Under the pieces are notes generated by a model. The model saw only the letters and a list, made by a program, of their open reading frames with translations, searched no databases and had not been told where the DNA came from. 64,000 nucleotides of DNA from contig JBDHYM010000001.1 of NCBI GenBank assembly GCA_039811405.1, positions 6,414 through 70,413 of the forward strand. The letters are read 5' to 3'. The position numbers were made by a program, and so were the translations under genes. This stretch comes from Flavihumibacter sp. (GTDB taxonomy: Bacteria > Bacteroidota > Bacteroidia > Chitinophagales > Chitinophagaceae). Of this stretch, positions 58,695-64,000 are shown one piece after another. Every line of letters begins with the position of its first letter. Positions within the stretch are counted from its first letter, which is position 1.

Positions 58695-59882
58695 TTATTT
58701 CAGCTTATCGAAACCGGTACAGGTACCACTCGACATGGTAATTTTCCTGGCGACCTTTCCATCGGAGATATTATAGGAATAGAGGGCGTTTTCACTGGAA
58801 GAGGAAACCACGAACAATACAGAGGCGTCATCAAGCTTGCGCATAATGGATGTGCTGGAGCCAAAAATGTTGGGTAATGCGGCGGAAATATCGCCCGACG
58901 ATGTTTTATTGCCCAGGTCAATCTTATAATAACGGTAATTAGGACCGTTCATCTCATAGGCATCTGCGGGATCCTGTATTTGAGCGGTAAATGCAAGGCC
59001 ATTGTCGAAAAGGTATAAGCCGGAACAATCCTTTCCCGTGGCTGCCTTCAAATCAAAGAAATAGGCGGTGTCGAAATTTGTTTCCCCCTTTTTAATACGC
59101 AGCACGCCGCTGGGCGCATTGGCCGTACCCTGCCCCTGGATATACAGGTCGCCGTTAGCAGCCAGGGCAAAACCGCTGACGGAAGAGCCGGCCAGGAAAA
59201 TATTAGCCGTTCTTTCGTCTTTAATGAGCTTTTCCACCTTGCCCTGGCTCAAGTCAATGACAACAACATAGGCTGTATCATAAGGATTGAAATCTGCATC
59301 GAAATAACTGACTCCCATGAACAATTTTCCGTCACGGGCTTTCATACCAAGGTAGTAGATAGACAATGCATCGGGCTTCACGACCGATGAAAGGTCGATC
59401 TCCCCTGTTATCTGCAAGGAAGACGGATCGAATTTAATCACCTTGGCCAATCCGCCGCCCACAGAAGCATAAGCCTCTGTATTGCTTACAAACTCTATCG
59501 ATGAAAAGGTATTCGCCCCGGGTACAATCAGCTTGCCGGCGGCAACAGCCCTGCCAGAAGCATCGAAGGTGTATTTGTTGATGGTTGCCGGCGCACCGAA
59601 CGCTGTCAGGTACACAGCTTCATTATACGTCCACTGCGAGGAAAAGCTGGCCAGCTCAGCGGCATTTTTATTGTCAAGCGAGGTAATATCCAGGTTAGCC
59701 AGCCCCTGCACATAGGTTGTCTGGCTCGGATAGGCGCCGCCTACGTTGGATATGGCGTATTTAACCGCTGCATTACCCGGGCTGGGATCGGGATTATCCT
59801 TTTTTGAACAGGAGCCGAATAACAAGGCTGCTGCCAGGGCGCCATAACCTAAACCGGCTTTGATCTTGTTGCGTTTTTTCAT
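58695..59882 (-). CDS. DUF4374-like surface lipoprotein (beta-propeller)
   Basis: Lipobox FGSC; NGDLY, PSGVLRIKKGET.FD..YFFD signature. Confidence 0.8.
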   Translation of the reverse strand: MKKRNKIKAGLGYGALAAALLFGSCSKKDNPDPSPGNAAVKYAISNVGGAYPSQTTYVQGLANLDITSLDNKNAAELASFSSQWTYNEAVYLTAFGAPATINKYTFDASGRAVAAGKLIVPGANTFSSIEFVSNTEAYASVGGGLAKVIKFDPSSLQITGEIDLSSVVKPDALSIYYLGMKARDGKLFMGVSYFDADFNPYDTAYVVVIDLSQGKVEKLIKDERTANIFLAGSSVSGFALAANGDLYIQGQGTANAPSGVLRIKKGETNFDTAYFFDLKAATGKDCSGLYLFDNGLAFTAQIQDPADAYEMNGPNYRYYKIDLGNKTSSGDISAALPNIFGSSTSIMRKLDDASVLFVVSSSSENALYSYNISDGKVARKITMSSGTCTGFDKLK

Positions 59883-59894
59883 TTTGCTTATTAG

Positions 59895-62231
59895 TTATTG
59901 AATAAATGTTCTGATTTTAACCTGGAAGGAACGCCCGGGTCGCTGCACACCGTAATTATCATACAGTTTTGCATCAGCCAGGTTATTTACACTGAAGCTT
60001 ACGGCATAGCCATCGCGGAAGGCATAGCTTACGCCACAGCCCTGTGCAACCTGTTCAGGTATTTTCAGCTTTTGGCTGGCGGCGCCATCCTTTGCCCAAT
60101 AGAGATAAAACCAGTGGGTATAACCTGCATTGTACCAAACGGAAAGCTGGTCTCTTTTTGAAAAAACACCCGGCTTTCCATACATCAGCTCGCCGTTGGA
60201 AAACAGGAAAGGAATATTCGGCAGCCGCTCGTTATAATAATTATTTGTACCGCCGGCGCCTGCATCAACTCCGTCCGTTTTGCTGATATAGTTCTGCCAG
60301 GTGGCATTTACCGTAAGCTTTAAGGTGGGGATGATCCGGTAATACACTTCGCCGTCCAACCCCGTGATCTGCCCTTTTAATAAGTTCTTATACATGATAA
60401 AAAAAGGCGACGAGGACGGCGGTGCATAAATGATGTTGTCCGCCCTCCGGTAAAAGCCATTCAGCTCGGCGCCGGCCACGGCAGTACTGTACTGAACCCC
60501 GAGATTGATATTGTGACTTATTTCAGGTAGCAGGGCGGGGTTCGGATAGGTTCTTTCAGCGTAAATGCCGAACAGCTCCGCTTCGTCGGGCAGCCGGGTA
60601 GCATATTCATAAGAAGCTTTTAATAATAGCGAGTCTCTTATACGCCAGCGTAAGGCCTCACTAATGCCCCAACGCTTCTTCTCTGCATGTGCGGCAGACA
60701 AGCTGGTGTTATCCGCCAGGCTGATGATATACCCCTGGGTCGTAAAATCATAATATTTCACCGAGCTGATGCTGGTAAGCCGCACCGAAGGAAATTCCTG
60801 CTCGAATCCAAGTCCGGCTACTTTCTTCCGCAATTTTACCGGAAAAGGTTTGGTAGCAGGGTTATTGTCTTGCTGGTCGTAGCTGCTTGCCAAAACATTC
60901 GCGGTCAGGGAAGCATTCTCGTTAACCTGGTAATGAAGGTTCAACCTGCCCAATGTATTTACAATATCCGTTTCACTGTTTTGCAGGGGGCCGCTTTCAC
61001 CGCCTCCGCTGCGCCGGTACTGGGCAGGTGCTGTACCATCCCACAAATAAGTGTTGAGCGACGTATCTATGTAATGCCTGTACACGCGGTTTTGCGCCAG
61101 GTAAGCATTGACGGAAAAACGGCCGCCGATATTTGATTTTTTATAGATGATGCCGTTGTTCCAGTTCCTTTCAGCATAGGTTACACGGCCATAGGCCTGT
61201 CTCATGAAGCGGTCGTTTTGTATTTGCTGATTCACCGCAGACAATGCGGTAAATACACTTAGCTCGTCAGCCCATTTACGGGGATTGATGCCCAGCTTTA
61301 CATTGCCGTAATAATTGGTGTACGCATCGTGAAAACGCCTGGCACGATACGGTACCGGCCGGCCGGCAACCGGAATTTCCGCATCGACCTTATAGCTGTT
61401 ATCCGAATGGTTGAAAAAAGCGGTGGCGCTTGCAAACAGCAGGGGGTTGATTTTTTTCCGGAGGTTGACCGTAGCCTGGTGCGTATTGAATGAACCAAAC
61501 GAATAAGAAGCGTCTATATAGTCCTTAATGGTATTCCGGGTTACAATATCAATGGCGCCTCCCAGCGCATCGGCACCCAACTTTACCGGAACTACCCCTT
61601 TATATATTTCTATGCGGTCAATAATATTGATGGGAAGTATATTAAGATTGAGGCCGGCACCCATAAACTGGAGCGGAATGCCGTCAATAAAGAACTTTAC
61701 CTGCTTGCCGGAGAGCCCGTTGAGATAGACGTCTGCCTCGCTACCCACACCGCCGCTCTGCCTTACTTTGATGCCTGCGGTTTGATTGAGCAGTGAGATT
61801 GTTCCTTCAGGGCGGTTGTAATATTTCCGGGTATCGATTACGGCAATGTTTTCAGGCTGTTCCCTGGCTACTGCAGCATTTGACCTGGACACTACAGTTA
61901 CTGCATGAAGCGTTCGTGAGTCGGTCTGCAGCACGACAGATAAGCGCGTCGTGTCGTGCGCCTTTAGGTCAATTTCTTTTTCTGCCGGCGCAAATCCCAC
62001 GGCGCTAAAGCGAACCAGATAAGTGCCGGGGCTGAGGTCATATAACCAATAACGCCCGTTCTCATCGGTTGTGCCACGCCGCTCCTGGGTGTTGATATGT
62101 ACCGACACTGCCTGCAGGGGTTGCCCCTTTGCGTCGGAAACAACTCCCGTCAGGGCCGCCACTTGCGCTGTTGCCGGTAACGACAAAGCAAAGAGCAATG
62201 CTGCGAGCGGAGCCGTCAAAAATCTACTCAT
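59895..62231 (-). CDS. TonB-dependent receptor (metal/metallophore type)
   Basis: GIKVRQSGGVGS, FFIDGIP, IEIYKGVVP..LGADALGGAI, NP.L.PE.S.N, QRPGRSF. Confidence 0.92.
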   Translation of the reverse strand: MSRFLTAPLAALLFALSLPATAQVAALTGVVSDAKGQPLQAVSVHINTQERRGTTDENGRYWLYDLSPGTYLVRFSAVGFAPAEKEIDLKAHDTTRLSVVLQTDSRTLHAVTVVSRSNAAVAREQPENIAVIDTRKYYNRPEGTISLLNQTAGIKVRQSGGVGSEADVYLNGLSGKQVKFFIDGIPLQFMGAGLNLNILPINIIDRIEIYKGVVPVKLGADALGGAIDIVTRNTIKDYIDASYSFGSFNTHQATVNLRKKINPLLFASATAFFNHSDNSYKVDAEIPVAGRPVPYRARRFHDAYTNYYGNVKLGINPRKWADELSVFTALSAVNQQIQNDRFMRQAYGRVTYAERNWNNGIIYKKSNIGGRFSVNAYLAQNRVYRHYIDTSLNTYLWDGTAPAQYRRSGGGESGPLQNSETDIVNTLGRLNLHYQVNENASLTANVLASSYDQQDNNPATKPFPVKLRKKVAGLGFEQEFPSVRLTSISSVKYYDFTTQGYIISLADNTSLSAAHAEKKRWGISEALRWRIRDSLLLKASYEYATRLPDEAELFGIYAERTYPNPALLPEISHNINLGVQYSTAVAGAELNGFYRRADNIIYAPPSSSPFFIMYKNLLKGQITGLDGEVYYRIIPTLKLTVNATWQNYISKTDGVDAGAGGTNNYYNERLPNIPFLFSNGELMYGKPGVFSKRDQLSVWYNAGYTHWFYLYWAKDGAASQKLKIPEQVAQGCGVSYAFRDGYAVSFSVNNLADAKLYDNYGVQRPGRSFQVKIRTFIQ

Positions 62232-62303
62232 CTGAAATAATTATTCTACTGCCTGGAGCAAACCCGGCGCTGTCATGACGCCATAAGCACCGGCACCTCA
62301 TTG

Positions 62304-62357
62304 TTGCAACAGAGTTGCAATATTAGGAAAAAAGAGTTATATGCAACTGAATTGCAA
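62304..62357. promoter_or_regulatory. Tandem palindromic operator, probable Fur/Zur-family site
   Basis: TTGCAAC-aga-GTTGCAA (62304-62320) and ATGCAAC-tga-ATTGCAA (62341-62357); the first overlaps a -7-like TAATATTG (62325-62318, minus). Confidence 0.7.
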
Positions 62358-62528
62358 TAATTTTTTCAACTACCAGGCTTTGGAGGGTTGTAACCTGCTT
62401 ACGGTAAAAGTGCCATCAATTGCCGATTACGGAAAGACAGAACAGGTATACCCTGTTACAGGAATAGAACTGACGGAGTAGCGGGTAACCGGCGATATGA
62501 TCGGTGAAAAGTGGTCGCCGTTAAGAAG

Positions 62529-63914
62529 TTATTTCCCGATACAGAACTTACTGAATATATAATCCAGCATATCCTCATTGCTCACCTCTCCTGTTATTTC
62601 GCCCAGGAAATGCAGCGCGCGCCTGATATCCAGCGCCAGCAGGTCGCCGGGGATCCGGGCATCCATCGCTTGTTTGATGTCCTGCAGGGCGGTGAGTATC
62701 TGCCGCAGGGCCTGGTAGTGCCGCGCATTGGTGACGATGCTCTCATTGGCATCGACCTGCCCCTGCAGCACCATATCCACCAACCGCTCGCGCAGCACTT
62801 CGATATGGCGGTTGTTACGCGCGCTGATCAAAACAAGCGGGGTGGCGGCAGCATAACGGTCGCGCATAGCCGCTTCTTCGCCTTTGTCGATCTGGTTGCC
62901 CACCAGCAGGTAGCGGTAGCCGGCTTCATCGAATGTTTTCTTAAGCGCCGCCAGCTCGGGGGGCAGCATCGTATTGGCATCGAAGAGGTACAGCACCAGG
63001 TCGGCAGTGCGCATTTTTTCCTGGCTTCGTTCCACCCCGATCGATTCTATCGCATCGGCGGTGTGCTCACGGATACCGGCGGTATCGATAAACCGGAACA
63101 GGATGCCATCCACATTGAGCACCTCTTCGATGGTATCGCGGGTGGTACCGGCGATCTCGCTCACAATGGCGCGCTCTTCATTCAGCAGCCGGTTCAACAG
63201 GGTGGATTTACCCGCATTGGGCTTACCAACAATGGCCACGCTTACACCGTTGCGGATCACATTTCCCAGCCGGAACGATTCCACGAGTCGGCCGGTGGAA
63301 TCAATGGCAGCATTCACGAGATGGTATAGTTGCGAACGATCAGCGAACTCCACATCTTCCTGCGAAAAATCCAGCTCCAGCTCTATCAGCGCCGAAAAAC
63401 TGATCAGTTGGTCACGCAACTGCTTCAGCTCGGCCGAAAAACCGCCACGTATATTGTTCAGGGCATTCTTTTGCGAGGCGGCCGAATTGGAGGCAATCAT
63501 ATCGGCCACGGCCTCGGCCTGGGTGAGATCGATCCGGCCATGCAGGAAAGCGCGTTGGGTGAATTCGCCGGGCCTCGCCAGCCGGGCGCCGGCGCGCAAA
63601 AAAGCAGCCAACAGCTCATGCAGCACATAGGGCGACCCGTGACCGCTCACTTCCACCACATCTTCACCGGTGTAGGAACGCGGCCCTTTGAACAGGGTCA
63701 CCACCACTTCGTCGATGGACCGGCCACCTTCGCGGATCAATCCCACGTGGGCTGTATGGCTCGCCTGTGCAGCCAGTGATTTGGAAGGGAATAACCCGTC
63801 AACGATAGCAATCGCCTTCGGCCCGCTGAGCCGCAATACGCCAATGGCGCCGATGCCGGGAGGAGTGGCGAGCGCCACTATTGTATCATCCCAATCGGGT
63901 TGGGTATATTTCAT
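62529..63914 (-). CDS. mnmE: tRNA uridine-34 modification GTPase MnmE (TrmE)
   Basis: DTIVALATP, SYTGED, GEFTQRAF, GKPNAGKS, GTTRD, DTAG, C-terminal FCIGK. Confidence 0.97.
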   Translation of the reverse strand: MKYTQPDWDDTIVALATPPGIGAIGVLRLSGPKAIAIVDGLFPSKSLAAQASHTAHVGLIREGGRSIDEVVVTLFKGPRSYTGEDVVEVSGHGSPYVLHELLAAFLRAGARLARPGEFTQRAFLHGRIDLTQAEAVADMIASNSAASQKNALNNIRGGFSAELKQLRDQLISFSALIELELDFSQEDVEFADRSQLYHLVNAAIDSTGRLVESFRLGNVIRNGVSVAIVGKPNAGKSTLLNRLLNEERAIVSEIAGTTRDTIEEVLNVDGILFRFIDTAGIREHTADAIESIGVERSQEKMRTADLVLYLFDANTMLPPELAALKKTFDEAGYRYLLVGNQIDKGEEAAMRDRYAAATPLVLISARNNRHIEVLRERLVDMVLQGQVDANESIVTNARHYQALRQILTALQDIKQAMDARIPGDLLALDIRRALHFLGEITGEVSNEDMLDYIFSKFCIGK

Positions 63915-63918
63915 GCGG

Positions 63919-63926
63919 CAAATATA
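63919..63926 (-). promoter_or_regulatory. Bacteroidota -7 promoter element for mnmE
   Basis: TATATTTG matches TAnnTTTG just before the ATG. Confidence 0.5.
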
Positions 63927-64000
63927 ATCAATAGCGCTCCTGGCAATTGTTGCAGTAATAGGTGCGGCGTTTGGTTTTGCCCAGTTCTTTTTTCTGCAAC

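Noticed and set aside
62232-62528. Cobalamin or other riboswitch upstream of the TBDR
   Set aside because: No recognisable B12-box or other riboswitch core; palindromic operators explain the region better.
62529-62546. attL/attR pair from the mnmE 3' end defining an intact island
   Set aside because: No second copy of the 18-mer found by eye, and no integrase, relaxase or transposase in the window.
1-64000. CRISPR array, tRNA, rRNA, prophage or defence genes
   Set aside because: No spaced direct repeats, RNA-gene signatures or phage/defence motifs seen, apart from the Fic fragment.

Overview
Chromosomal window from a Bacteroidota, probably Chitinophagaceae-like bacterium (SusC/SusD, ECF sigma-FecR, TAnnTTTG-type promoters). 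The left ~35 kb is mixed metabolic and envelope genes: TonB-dependent receptors, GH20, a Tat phospholipase C, HtrA with a two-component system, a GH18-CE4-GT2 fusion, a Na+/H+ antiporter, MgtC, a GMC oxidoreductase, FabF, an MFS, GH3 and a MacB-type permease. From ~35.4 kb to mnmE (62.5-63.9 kb) three self-contained minus-strand modules follow each other. (1) An Rrf2-headed operon with a divergent cbb3-like heme-copper enzyme (CcoN-like plus diheme CcoO-like, no CcoP/Q or ccoGHIS in the window), ferredoxin, Ric and DUF2249/DUF59 proteins, i.e. a nitrosative-stress context. (2) An apparently AT-richer, glycosidase-free ECF/FecR/SusCD locus with a sugar dehydrogenase-cytochrome c-CBM protein and a Tat TIM-barrel protein. 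(3) A probable zinc-limitation operon (TBDR, DUF4374 lipoprotein, ABC-2-type ATPase, two DUF3526 permeases) with tandem TGCAAC-N3-GTTGCA boxes, ending in an unannotated, multiply deleted COG0523 remnant. No rRNA, tRNA, CRISPR array, integrase or transposase was seen. Family calls rest on motif recognition by eye, not database searches.
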